Source of the DNA: an uncultured Alphaproteobacteria bacterium
GTDB lineage: Bacteria > Pseudomonadota > Alphaproteobacteria > Rhizobiales > Hyphomicrobiaceae
Direction of reading: 5' to 3'
NCBI GenBank assembly: GCA_963778225.1
Contig: CAVZTR010000012.1
Coordinates: 239,254-303,253, forward strand
Length of the DNA stretch: 64,000 bases
In this document: piece after piece, positions 19,564 to 28,989 of the stretch
Layout of the letters: each line of letters starts with the position of its first letter
How positions within the stretch are numbered: position 1 is the first letter of the stretch
Notes under the pieces: generated by a model
Told to the model about the DNA's origin: nothing
Seen by the model: only the letters and a program-made list of their open reading frames with translations
The model's database searches: none
Program-made: the position numbers and the translations under genes

Positions 19564-22158
19564 CTACCAGCCGGGAGGACGGGCTGGCGGGGGCGCCGGC
19601 GCATTCCCTGGTGGCGCCGATACTGGAGCCCAGGCATCACTGGCGGAGGAGTAAGCTCCATCCGATGTGCTGGACGAGGGGGCCGGACCTGCCGGCGTGC
19701 CGGTATCGCTTACCTGGAAGCCGATGATCGAATAGGCGTCGTCAGGCTCCTCGTTGGGCTTGAACGCTTCGAGAATGACTTGGCTGTCGTTTGGGCCAGC
19801 GCGAAGTCCGGTCTTGAGGTTCACTCGAACCAGTTTTAGTCCGGGCGGTACGCGGAAGGGTGCAGCGGGCTCTTCGGCAAGGGCACGTTTCATGAAATCG
19901 CCGAAGATCGGAGCCGCAACACCGCCGCCGGTGCGGCCCTTGCCCATGGGGCGTGGCGTGTCGAAGCCGATGAACACGCCGACGACGAGATCGGGCGTGT
20001 AGCCGACGAACCAGGCATCGCGCTCTTCGTTGGTCGTGCCGGTCTTGCCGGCAATCGGCCGGTTCAAGGATTTCAGCACCGTGGCGGTGCCGCGCTGAAC
20101 AACGCCTTCGAGGATCGACGTCATTTGATAGGCGCTGTGCGGGTCTATGATCTGCTTACGATCGTCGGGGATCTCGGGCTCCGCCTGATTGTCCCAGGCC
20201 TCCGCCGCGCACCCGGCGCAATCGCGTGCATCGTGTTTCCAGACGGAGCGGCCCCAGCGATCCTGGATCCGGTCGATGAGCGTGGCACGGACTTGCTTGC
20301 CGCCGTTGGCCAGCATGCAATAGGCGGTCGCCATGCGCAGCAGCGTCGTCTCGCCGGCACCCAGCGACATGGAGAGCACCGGCAGCAAATCGTCATAGAT
20401 GCCGAAGCGCTTGGCATACTCGGTGATAATCGGCATGCCGACATCCTGCGCCAATCGGACGGTCATCTGGTTGCGTGACTTCTCGACGCCGACGCGGAGC
20501 GTTGTCGGACCGAACGACTTTTCCTTGTCGTAGTTTTCCGGCTTCCAGATGTCCTGCCCCGGCCCTTGATCGATTTCGATCGGTGCGTCGAGGATGATAG
20601 ATGTGGGCTTGTACCCATTGTCGAGTGCGGCGGCGTACACGAAAGGCTTGAACGAGGAACCTGGCTGGCGCTTGGCTTGGATGACGCGGTCGAACTGACT
20701 CATGGCGAACGAGAAGCCGCCGGCCACAGCCAGTACGCGTCCGGTATGCGGATCCATCGCGACGAGCCCGCCGCCGACTTCAGGGATTTGCATCAACGAC
20801 CAGACGCCGTCGAGCTTTCGCGGATCTTTCGGGGCGATGTAGATCACGTCGCCTGCCGTCAGAATGTCAGTGATCGCTTTCGGCGTCGTCTTGGTTGCGG
20901 GGACTTTCGCCCACTTCACCTCGGCGAGCGTGATTTCGACCGCTTCGCGATCCTTGGTGAGCGTACCGTCCTGTTGCCGCGACGGGCGCAGGCCCACGAC
21001 AGCCTTGTCCTTGCCGGCCTGAAGAACAACGCCTAAGCGCCAAGGAAGAATGTCGGACGGAATGTCGATCGCGCCGAGCGGCACGCCCCAATCGCCGGAA
21101 ATGTCGATTTTAGATACGGGGCCACGCCAGCCCTGGTCGCGGTCGTAGGATACGAGGCCGTCGATGAGCGACAGGCGCGCCATCTCCTGGAGGCGCGGAT
21201 TGAGGGTCGTGCGAACCGAGAGACCACCCGCATATAGTTTTTCTTCGCCGTACTGGGCGTGCAGCGAACGGCGGACTTCCTCAGCAAAGTATTCGGCGGC
21301 GAAGATGTGGGCGCCAGACTGGCGAAACTTCACCTCGATCGGCTTGGTTTTCGCCTCTGTCGCTTCCGCGGCTTTGATGAACCCGTTATCGGCCATCTGT
21401 TCGAGAATCCAGTTCCGGCGCTCGGTTGCCTTCTGGCGATTGCGGAACGGATGGTAGTTGTTGGGCGCCTTGGGCAGGGCCGCGAGATAAGCCGCCTCTT
21501 CCAGCGTCAGATCCTTCAACTCTTTATTGAAGTAGTTGAGGGATGCCGCCGCGACGCCGTACGCCCCTATGCCCAGGTAGATCTCGTTGAGATAGAGCTC
21601 GAGGATCTTGTCCTTCGAATAGGCGCGCTCAATGCGAATGGCGAGGATGGCTTCCTTAATCTTACGATCGAAGGTGCGGTCGCTGGTCAGCAGGAAGTTC
21701 TTGGCAACCTGCTGGGTGATGGTCGAAGCGCCCTGAATGCTGCCACGGCCCGTTGCTTTCGTTTCGATGTACTTGATGGCGGCGCGGGCCACGCCCTGCA
21801 TGTCGATGCCGCCGTGTTCGTAGAAGCGGGCGTCCTCAGCGGAGAGAAACGCGGCGATCACACGCTTCGGAATGGTGTTAATGGGAACGAAAATGCGCCG
21901 CTCGCGGGCGTATTCAGCGATGAGTGACCCATCGTGCGCGTGGATGCGGGTCATCACCGGCGGTTCATAGCGGGCGAGGCTCTCGTAATCCGGCAGGTCC
22001 TTGGAGGCCTCGAAGAGAAGCCAGCCGACGGCGGCCGAGGCGGCTACGAATGCGACGACGAAAAGCCCAAAGCTCCACCCGAGAAAGGTCAGCAGCAGGC
22101 TTTTGCGGCGCCGCTTCTTCTTCGGTTCTGCTGGCGGTGGGTAAGCTGGGGCTCGCAT
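19564..22158 (-). CDS. mrcA: penicillin-binding protein 1A (bifunctional transglycosylase/transpeptidase)
   Basis: 864 aa with transglycosylase motifs (EDARFYEHGGID, GASTITQQ), transpeptidase motifs (SSFKP, KTGTT) and a Pro/Ala-rich C-terminal tail. Confidence 0.93.
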   Translation of the reverse strand: MRAPAYPPPAEPKKKRRRKSLLLTFLGWSFGLFVVAFVAASAAVGWLLFEASKDLPDYESLARYEPPVMTRIHAHDGSLIAEYARERRIFVPINTIPKRVIAAFLSAEDARFYEHGGIDMQGVARAAIKYIETKATGRGSIQGASTITQQVAKNFLLTSDRTFDRKIKEAILAIRIERAYSKDKILELYLNEIYLGIGAYGVAAASLNYFNKELKDLTLEEAAYLAALPKAPNNYHPFRNRQKATERRNWILEQMADNGFIKAAEATEAKTKPIEVKFRQSGAHIFAAEYFAEEVRRSLHAQYGEEKLYAGGLSVRTTLNPRLQEMARLSLIDGLVSYDRDQGWRGPVSKIDISGDWGVPLGAIDIPSDILPWRLGVVLQAGKDKAVVGLRPSRQQDGTLTKDREAVEITLAEVKWAKVPATKTTPKAITDILTAGDVIYIAPKDPRKLDGVWSLMQIPEVGGGLVAMDPHTGRVLAVAGGFSFAMSQFDRVIQAKRQPGSSFKPFVYAAALDNGYKPTSIILDAPIEIDQGPGQDIWKPENYDKEKSFGPTTLRVGVEKSRNQMTVRLAQDVGMPIITEYAKRFGIYDDLLPVLSMSLGAGETTLLRMATAYCMLANGGKQVRATLIDRIQDRWGRSVWKHDARDCAGCAAEAWDNQAEPEIPDDRKQIIDPHSAYQMTSILEGVVQRGTATVLKSLNRPIAGKTGTTNEERDAWFVGYTPDLVVGVFIGFDTPRPMGKGRTGGGVAAPIFGDFMKRALAEEPAAPFRVPPGLKLVRVNLKTGLRAGPNDSQVILEAFKPNEEPDDAYSIIGFQVSDTGTPAGPAPSSSTSDGAYSSASDAWAPVSAPPGNAPAPPPARPPGW

Positions 22159-22373
22159 GCGATCCGGGAGTGGCCGCTGGCATCATCCTATGATGACGCG
22201 GCGGCGGTTAAGGCGACAGGCTCGTGGCACTCGGTCGTGGGGATTGATTAGCCGACTTGCCGCAGCGCAGCAATGGCACCCGGCCGAACCGTCACATTAG
22301 CATAAATTGTGGCGCCACGTCGTCCAGCGACCATATCAACCGCTTAGCTTTTCCATTAACGGCCGCAGCCCCT

Positions 22374-22427
22374 CAGCGGGCGGCCTCCGGCCGCTTGGCT
22401 CAGCGAGCGGCCTCCGGCCGCTTGGCA
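22374..22427. repeat. 27-bp tandem duplication spanning the amiC stop codon
   Basis: cagcgGgcggcctccggccgcttggcT (22374-22400) and cagcgAgcggcctccggccgcttggcA (22401-22427), 25/27 identical. On the minus strand both read AKRPEAAR-stop. Confidence 0.8.
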
Positions 22428-23752
22428 AAGTACGCCTCAACTGCCGCGGCGATCGATGCAGCAACCTTCGCCTGCCATGCGACCGACTGCATCTGGCGCG
22501 ATTCGTCTGGGTTGCTGACGTATCCTAGCTCCACCAGCACGGATGGCGCATGGGTCTGGCGCAGAACCTTGAACGCCGCCGCGCGCTCAGGGTCGCGGGA
22601 CAGCGACACATTGGACTTCAAACTGCGAACGAGGGTGCGCGAGAACTCTGCAGAGAAATTGGCAGTCTCACGCTTCATCAGATCAATGAGGATGTTTTTG
22701 ACGTCATCGTTGTCTTCGCCTTTGGCGACGTCCAGTCCTGCGATCAGGTCCGACGCGTTCTCTTTCTCTGCGATCGCTCGGGCTTCGGCATCGGAGGCAC
22801 GTTCGGATAGGGTATAAATCGTGGCGCCCTTAATCGACTGGGCGTAGGTCGATTCGATGCTGTCCGCGTGGATAGAGATAAACAGGTCCGACTGGGCCTT
22901 ACGCGAGATCGCAAGCCGATCGCTCAGCGACACGAAGACATCCCGGGCACGGGTCATGACGACGGTGTAACGGCCGGTGCTTTCAAGTTGCTCCTGCACG
23001 CGCTTTGCGACGGCAAATACCAGATGCTTTTCCAGAAGGTTACCAGCGCCCACCGCCCCCGGGTCTATACCGCCGTGCCCCGGATCGATGACAATGACGG
23101 GCTTGTCTTGATCTGCTTTCGGAGGCGCCGCAGGCGCTGAATCGAAGGTAGCGGCGGCAGGGGCAGCTTCCGCCGCCTGCCGGCCACCGCCCGTTCCTTC
23201 ACCGAAGGCGGCCGCATTACTGGGCCGGAGCTCGACCGTCAGTACGACGCCGGAACCGGAGCGGGCGTTGGTCATCGCGGCCCTGGCAATCGTTACTGGT
23301 CCGGTCGTGTCGAGCACAATGCGCGCCTTGCCCTCAGCGAATTGACCATAGCGGTAGGCCTGAACAAGACCCCGACCGTCCCTTCCGGCATCCGCCGGCA
23401 ATGTGAAGCCAACATCCGGAAGATCGATGATGACGCGATAGGGCTTGGCCAATGAATAGACTTCGGCCGTGACACCTTCGGTGAGCGTGAGTTGAAACAC
23501 CGTCTCTTTCTGATCGCCGAGAACGTCGACCGCCGTCGCCTCCGAGACGTGGGAAGCCTGGCCGGGCTCTGCCTGGATCGAAGTCTTCTTCTCGACGACG
23601 GTTTCGGCGCGCGTAGCGGTGGTCAGCCACTGGAAAATGACCGGCAACTCGCTTTGGGCGATCGCGTCATTCGGGGCAGGCCACGGCAAGGCCGCCGCGG
23701 CGAAAGCGGCGGCGACAACGGCTCGAACTGGTTTCGGAAGGCCCCCCGGCAT
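22400..23752 (-). CDS. amiC: N-acetylmuramoyl-L-alanine amidase (AMIN domain + amidase_3)
   Basis: Signal peptide, AMIN-like region (VFQLTLTEGVTAEVYSLAKPYRVIIDLPDV), Ala-rich linker and amidase_3 domain (VIVIDPGHGGIDPGA ... FISIHAD ... VLVELGYVSN). Confidence 0.9.
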   Translation of the reverse strand: MPGGLPKPVRAVVAAAFAAAALPWPAPNDAIAQSELPVIFQWLTTATRAETVVEKKTSIQAEPGQASHVSEATAVDVLGDQKETVFQLTLTEGVTAEVYSLAKPYRVIIDLPDVGFTLPADAGRDGRGLVQAYRYGQFAEGKARIVLDTTGPVTIARAAMTNARSGSGVVLTVELRPSNAAAFGEGTGGGRQAAEAAPAAATFDSAPAAPPKADQDKPVIVIDPGHGGIDPGAVGAGNLLEKHLVFAVAKRVQEQLESTGRYTVVMTRARDVFVSLSDRLAISRKAQSDLFISIHADSIESTYAQSIKGATIYTLSERASDAEARAIAEKENASDLIAGLDVAKGEDNDDVKNILIDLMKRETANFSAEFSRTLVRSLKSNVSLSRDPERAAAFKVLRQTHAPSVLVELGYVSNPDESRQMQSVAWQAKVAASIAAAVEAYFAKRPEAAR

Positions 23753-24456
23753 CTTCCTGCGCTTATCCTCGGCTTCTGGAAAAAGATCAGAATCTGCCGC
23801 AGCTTAACAAATAATTTGCCGTTCCGCTCCAGGCTATGCCTTCGGTTGGCGACCTGTGGTCAGCTTAACACGCTTGTCACCGGGACCGCGAACCCGTTAC
23901 ACTTCCTATGCGTTCTGTTTCTCCGCGCCTCGTCGGAGCCGATGGAAGACGCGCGCCAGACCCCTAAGCCATTGTGTGGAAACGCAATTATGTGGCCAGG
24001 ATCTGGGCGGCGGCGTCGACTGGCCGGCCGTTCGATCAGACGGGTGTTCGCGCGGATCGGCGAAGAACTGGAAGAGTTCTCGAGCGGCGGCCACCTCCTT
24101 GAGCCCATAGGAGCGGTGCCGGACCCACGGTCCTCTCAAGTTTTTTCAACCGAAACGGCCGCGCCGCGACGGAACGGACGCGCTGTCCATGCCTGCGGCT
24201 CGCTCGGGGCCCGTTGAAAGGGGGCCCCAGAGCCGCATCCCTGAAGGTACCTGTCGCGATGAGCGACGCGTGGTGCCCTGCCCCATGAACCCGCCTACCG
24301 GCAAGCTAACGCGTGCCGGCGCAGGCTAACGTGAACTTTGAGAATGCCCATTTCGCGCGCAGTCAATCCGAAAGCCATGACGCTCTTCCGAGCCGATGGC
24401 TTGCGCCACCCGGCTGGCCCAGCCGGAGAGCGCATGCGCGTAGCTTTGTCACTTGA

Positions 24457-24544
24457 GCCTTGCAACTCCCCCGCGGGGAGCCGGCCGCAAGGCGTGTTTA
24501 GAATTGGGCCTTGCGACTCCCCCGCGGGGAGCCGGCCGCAAGGC
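24457..24544 (+). repeat. two tandem 37-nt compound hairpin repeats in the rne leader
   Basis: GCCTTGCaACTCCCCCGCGGGGAGCCGGCCGCAAGGC (24457-24493) and GCCTTGCgACTCCCCCGCGGGGAGCCGGCCGCAAGGC (24508-24544). Outer stem GCCTTGC/GCAAGGC, inner stem CTCCCC/GGGGAG. Confidence 0.8.
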
Positions 24545-24680
24545 CTTAAGCCCGATAATTCACCCCATCATCCGTCAACCCCACCCAATGTGCGCGCCCC
24601 CGGCATCTTGATGGTCGAAGGAGGCTTTGAGCCTTCTACCGGCCCTATGCCAAGCCGGCGCTGCCCAAGGAACTCGGCAC

Positions 24681-27600
24681 ATGTCCAACAACAAGATGCT
24701 CATCGATGCGACGCATCCGGAGGAGACCCGGGTCGTCGTTCTGCGTGACGGCCGCGTCGAGGAATTCGATTACGAGAGCGCCGCCCGCAAACTGCTGCGC
24801 GGCAACATCTACCTTGCCAAGGTGACCCGCGTGGAGCCGTCGCTCCAGGCAGCCTTCGTCGACTACGGCGGAAATCGTCACGGCTTCCTAGCCTTCAATG
24901 AAATCCATCCGGACTACTACCAGATCCCCATGGCCGATCGGCAGGCGCTTCTCGAAGAAGAAGCCGCAGCCGAAGCGGCCGAGGAAGCGGCGGCGGATGC
25001 ACATGCCGAACGCATGGCGCGGCGCCGGCAGCGCGGCCCTCAGGGCGGTCAGCGTCGCGATCAGGCTCCTGGAACCGGTGAACAGCCGGGACTTGCCCGC
25101 GATCAGCACGACGAGGACCACGGCGACCACGACCATGACGGTGATCACGTCAGTCACGACGATCGCCTTGATGATCATCACTCTGATCATGACGAAGGCC
25201 ACGACGATCCGCGGCACACGGTCTTGGCGCATGACGCACACGGCGCCGACGATGTGATTTCTGAAGACTTGCCGGAACCGGAAGTGGTCGGCGGCTTCGA
25301 GCCGTCGCACGACCATGAGGAGGCGGACCCCGGGGATCTGGAGGGTGACGACCTCGATCGAGACGACCAGGACGACCGTGCCGTTGCTGAGACAGATGCT
25401 CCGACCGCCATCGGCCTCGTCGAGAACGAGACCGTGGAAGTGGTCGCTGCCACGCCTGCCGAGCCCGAGACGGTCGAGACAGGTTCCGAAGACGCGCTCG
25501 AAGAACTGCCTTCGCGCCCTCGCCGCCGGCCGCGCTCATACAAGATCCAGGAAGTCATCAAGCGGCGCCAGGTGATCCTGGTGCAGGTCGTCAAGGAAGA
25601 GCGCGGCAATAAAGGCGCGGCGCTGACCACGTATCTGTCGCTCGCCGGCCGTTACACCGTCCTGATGCCGAACACGGCGCGGGGCGGCGGGATCAGCCGC
25701 AAGATCACCAACCCGCAGGACCGCAAGCGTCTCAAGGCCATCGCCGCGGAACTCGACGTTCCGGAAGGCATGGGGCTGATTATTCGCACAGCGGGGGCTG
25801 CGCGGACCCAGCAGGAAATCAAGCGAGACTACGAATATTTGCTTCGCCTCTGGGAAAGCGTGCGCGATCTGACGCTGCAATCGACTGCGCCGAGCCTGGT
25901 GTACGAGGAAGGCAACCTGATCAAGCGTTCGATCCGCGACCTCTATAACAAGGACGTGGAAGAGGTCATCGTTGCGGGCGACGTTGCGCACGGAGAAGCA
26001 CGCGATTTCATGCGCATGCTGATGCCGAGCCACGCCAAGAATGTGCTGCTGCACTCCTCGGCAGAGCCGCTGTTCAACAAGTACGGCATCGAGCGTCAGC
26101 TGAACGCTATGTTCAGCCCGTTCGTGACGCTGAAGTCGGGCGGTTATCTCGTCATCAACCAGACCGAAGCGCTCGTTGCCATCGACGTGAACTCGGGTAA
26201 GTCGACCCGTGAATTCTCGATCGAGGAGACGGCCTACAATACCAATCTCGAGGCGTCCGACGAAATTGCGCGCCAGTTGAAGCTGCGCGACCTTGCGGGT
26301 CTCATCGTCATCGACTTCATCGACATGGAGGAGAAGCGCAACAACCGCTCCGTGGAGCGGCGTCTCAAAGATGCGCTGCGCTTCGACAGGGCTCGCATTC
26401 AGCTCGGCCGGATTTCGCATTTTGGCCTGATGGAGATGTCGCGTCAGCGGCTGCGGACCGGCGTGCTCGAGGGTTCGACGACCCAGTGCCCGCACTGTCA
26501 AGGTACGGGGATCATCCGCTCGACCGAGAGCGTGGCGCTCGCCGTTCTGCGCGGTATCGAGGATGCGCTGATGGCCGGGCACCCCTCGTCGCTCATCGCC
26601 ACCACGACGGCGCAGGTCGCGCTCTACATTCTCAACAACAAGCGCAAGTTCATCACGGAACTGGAAGCGCACCACGGCATCTCGATTTCGGTCCAGGCCA
26701 GCGACAAGCTGCAGGGTGCAAATTTCACCATCGAGAAGACGCAGGCGCGCACCGATGCGCCGCCACGCCGGAGTGAACGGACCGCAGTCAACATGGACTG
26801 GGGCTTTGAAGGCGAGGACGATGGTGCCGCCGAGGCCGTTGAGGACGAACGCCCCTCCGCTTCGGACGGTGTTCGGTTCATCGGCGAAACCGATGACGAA
26901 GAGGCTGAGCCAGATCGTCCGCGTATCCGCGAGGGTCGCGGTCGTCGCGATGAAGTCGGGGTGAAGGTCGCGATGAAGGTCGTGGCGAAGCTCGCGGCGA
27001 AGGCCGGGAAGCGCGCGACAATGGCAATGGTGAAGACGGTGGCCGTGGCCGCCGCCGTCGGCGCCGTCGCGGGAGGCGCGGTGGCGAACGTAGCGGACGG
27101 GGCGAGGAACGCGCAGACGATCGCGGCGAGATCCGAGCCGTGGCCAATGGGCCCGACACTGATGACGGAGACGAGGGCGACGATTTCGGACCGGAGACCG
27201 CGGGTGAGGCGGAACTGATCGAAACAGCGGGCGAAGAGGCCGGCTTTGAAGATCGTGGTCCCGCACAGGCTGGAGATGGCGGCCGGGACGGTGATCGGGG
27301 TGGACGCCGCCGGCGTCGCGGGCGTCGGGGTGGACGCCGTGGCCGCGGACGTGATCGGGATCAGAACGGCGCGGCCGGTGCTGGTACTGAAGATGCCAAT
27401 GGCTATCCGGTCCGTGCGCACGTGACGGAAGACTTCGTGGACGATTTCGCCGGTCCAGCCGGCGTCGATACCGAGCCTGAATCGAGCGAAAACACGGGCA
27501 TCGACACACGGCTGCCGGTGTACGACGCGCCGGCTCTCCAAACGCCTCACTATGCTGAGCCCGAGATCGGCGCGCAGCCAGATGCCGTTGTGAATGCCGC

Positions 27601-27751
27601 TCCGCGTCGGCGCGTCTCCGAACCGACCGCGAGCGAACCGAAAATCGAGCGGGTGGTCGTGACGCCGGATCAAGCAAAGGCAGCGGATTCAGAAACCGTG
27701 AGCGAACAGCCCGTCCGCAAAGGCTGGTGGCAGCGCCGTTTAGGCACCTAG
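24681..27751 (+). CDS. rne: ribonuclease E, with an apparent -1/+2 frame break in the Arg-rich C-terminal region
   Basis: MSNNKMLIDATHPEETRVVVL..., an S1 domain with a long acidic insertion, and the catalytic core (ALVAIDVNSGK, CPHCQGTG Zn-link). Frame A stops at 27218 after an atypical hydrophobic tail. The frame of ORF 27140..27751 carries RNase E-like Arg/Gly/Asp-rich sequence from 26954 on and ends ...GWWQRRLGT. Confidence 0.9.
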
Positions 27752-27788
27752 CGAACCTGTCGCACGCGCGGTAGTTGCAGACGAACAG

Positions 27789-27817
27789 AAAACCGGGCCT
27801 AGCGCCCGGTTTTTTTG
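27789..27817 (+). terminator. rho-independent terminator after rne
   Basis: AAAACCGGGC-CTAG-CGCCCGGTTTTTTT: GC-rich stem followed by a T7 run. Confidence 0.75.
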
Positions 27818-28165
27818 TGCCCAGGAAACGACTTAAGCAATTGGACGCCGGCGGCTGTTCCGCCTTGCACTTGTCGTCGCACCGCGCCGCCTGCGGGTTC
27901 TAGGCGTCAAACTTTCACCATAAGGTCCCGGCTGTTGGCGGTCGTCGAGCAGTGTTCGCATCTCGTGTGCAGCGCAGCAGACCAATGCCGAACGGGGGAG
28001 GGATCAGTCAAACACGAGTGGGGCAACAGGTTATCTCGACCGTTGCTGTGCGCCGTCGATGGCGAATAACTCGGGCAAGACTTCAAAGAACAGCAACAGC
28101 TGTCAGATCTTCTCTCGAATGCCGGAACACCGGCGCAGTCAGACGATAAAAAAATCGGAGTAACC

Positions 28166-28741
28166 ATGAGCACTCGTTTTCTGTCGATCGCCGCCGCCCT
28201 TGCTGGTGTCGTCGCCCTCTCGGTCACCGGTGCCGAAGCCCGGACGCACTCGGACAAGACATCGGCAGGGGCCGACCGTCCGTCGATCGCAAAGAACTAC
28301 ACGGTGAAGTCGAACTCCCGCTATGCCGCCAAGTCGAAGGGCAAGCGTACGGCGAAGTATGGCAAGAAGCGCAGCTACGCCGGCAAGAAGGGCCTGAAGT
28401 CGCGCTCGTTCACGAACTACGCTTCGGGGGGCACGTCGCGGTCGTGCCTTCAGCCGCAGGCCCGTGCTCTCCTCAATCGCATTGAAAGCCAGTTCGGCTC
28501 CGTCTCGATCGTATCGACCTGCCGAGCCGGTGCAGTGATCGCCACCAGCGGCAAGCCGTCGAAGCACCGTTACGGTCTGGCCATTGACTTCGATGCCGGT
28601 GGCCGCAAGGGCGCGATCGTCAACTGGCTGATCAAGAACCATCATTCGGGTGGCACGATGACCTATCGCGACATGGGCCACATCCACGTCGACATCGGCG
28701 CTCGATTTGTGTCGCTCAGCGCCAACAGCGGTCGCGGCTGA
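28166..28741 (+). CDS. secreted peptidase M15-like zinc D-Ala-D-Ala carboxypeptidase/endopeptidase family protein
   Basis: Signal peptide, Lys-rich linker, then SKHRYGLAIDFD (H..D) and GHIHVD (HxH) zinc-ligand motifs typical of the M15/VanY-like fold. Confidence 0.7.
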   Translation: MSTRFLSIAAALAGVVALSVTGAEARTHSDKTSAGADRPSIAKNYTVKSNSRYAAKSKGKRTAKYGKKRSYAGKKGLKSRSFTNYASGGTSRSCLQPQARALLNRIESQFGSVSIVSTCRAGAVIATSGKPSKHRYGLAIDFDAGGRKGAIVNWLIKNHHSGGTMTYRDMGHIHVDIGARFVSLSANSGRG

Positions 28742-28770
28742 TCGTTCAGCCCGGTCCGGGGTCAATGTCA

Positions 28771-28808
28771 AAGAGGGGGAGGTGGCGATGCTGCCTCCCC
28801 CTCTTTGC
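28771..28808 (+). terminator. strong hairpin, possible terminator
   Basis: AAGAGGGGGAGG-N11-CCTCCCCCTCTT 12-bp perfect stem followed by only a short T tract (TTT). Confidence 0.5.
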
Positions 28809-28989
28809 ATGTCCAAAGGTCATGGCAGGGGGGGCCTGGTTGCGGTAGTCGCAGCTGATGGGGAGGCCGAAGGCGCTTGGATCGTCCGAGTCCTTGACTA
28901 TCTAATGGAAGCGGGGCTGTGTTGCGACCGTTCGGCGGTGCCTTCGCGCTTGCCGATATTTGGGCTCAATTGTGGGCGAACGGTTGCGC

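Noticed and set aside
23800-23815. CtrA box (TTAA-N7-TTAA) near the amiC-rne divergent promoters
   Set aside because: The sequence is TTAACAAATAATTTG. Only the first half-site matches, so it is not a convincing CtrA site.
24338-24748. 136-aa ORF upstream of and overlapping the rne start, with an internal peptide repeat (SPAGSRPQG twice)
   Set aside because: The peptide repeat is simply the translation of the two 37-nt palindromic DNA elements. The ORF overlaps the rne start region and shows no coding signature.
25536-27677. 713-aa ORF (and the 349-aa ORF 26624..27673) on the minus strand opposite rne
   Set aside because: Entirely antisense to a confidently identified RNase E gene. The composition is Arg/Pro/His-rich with no motifs, typical of shadow ORFs in high-GC DNA.
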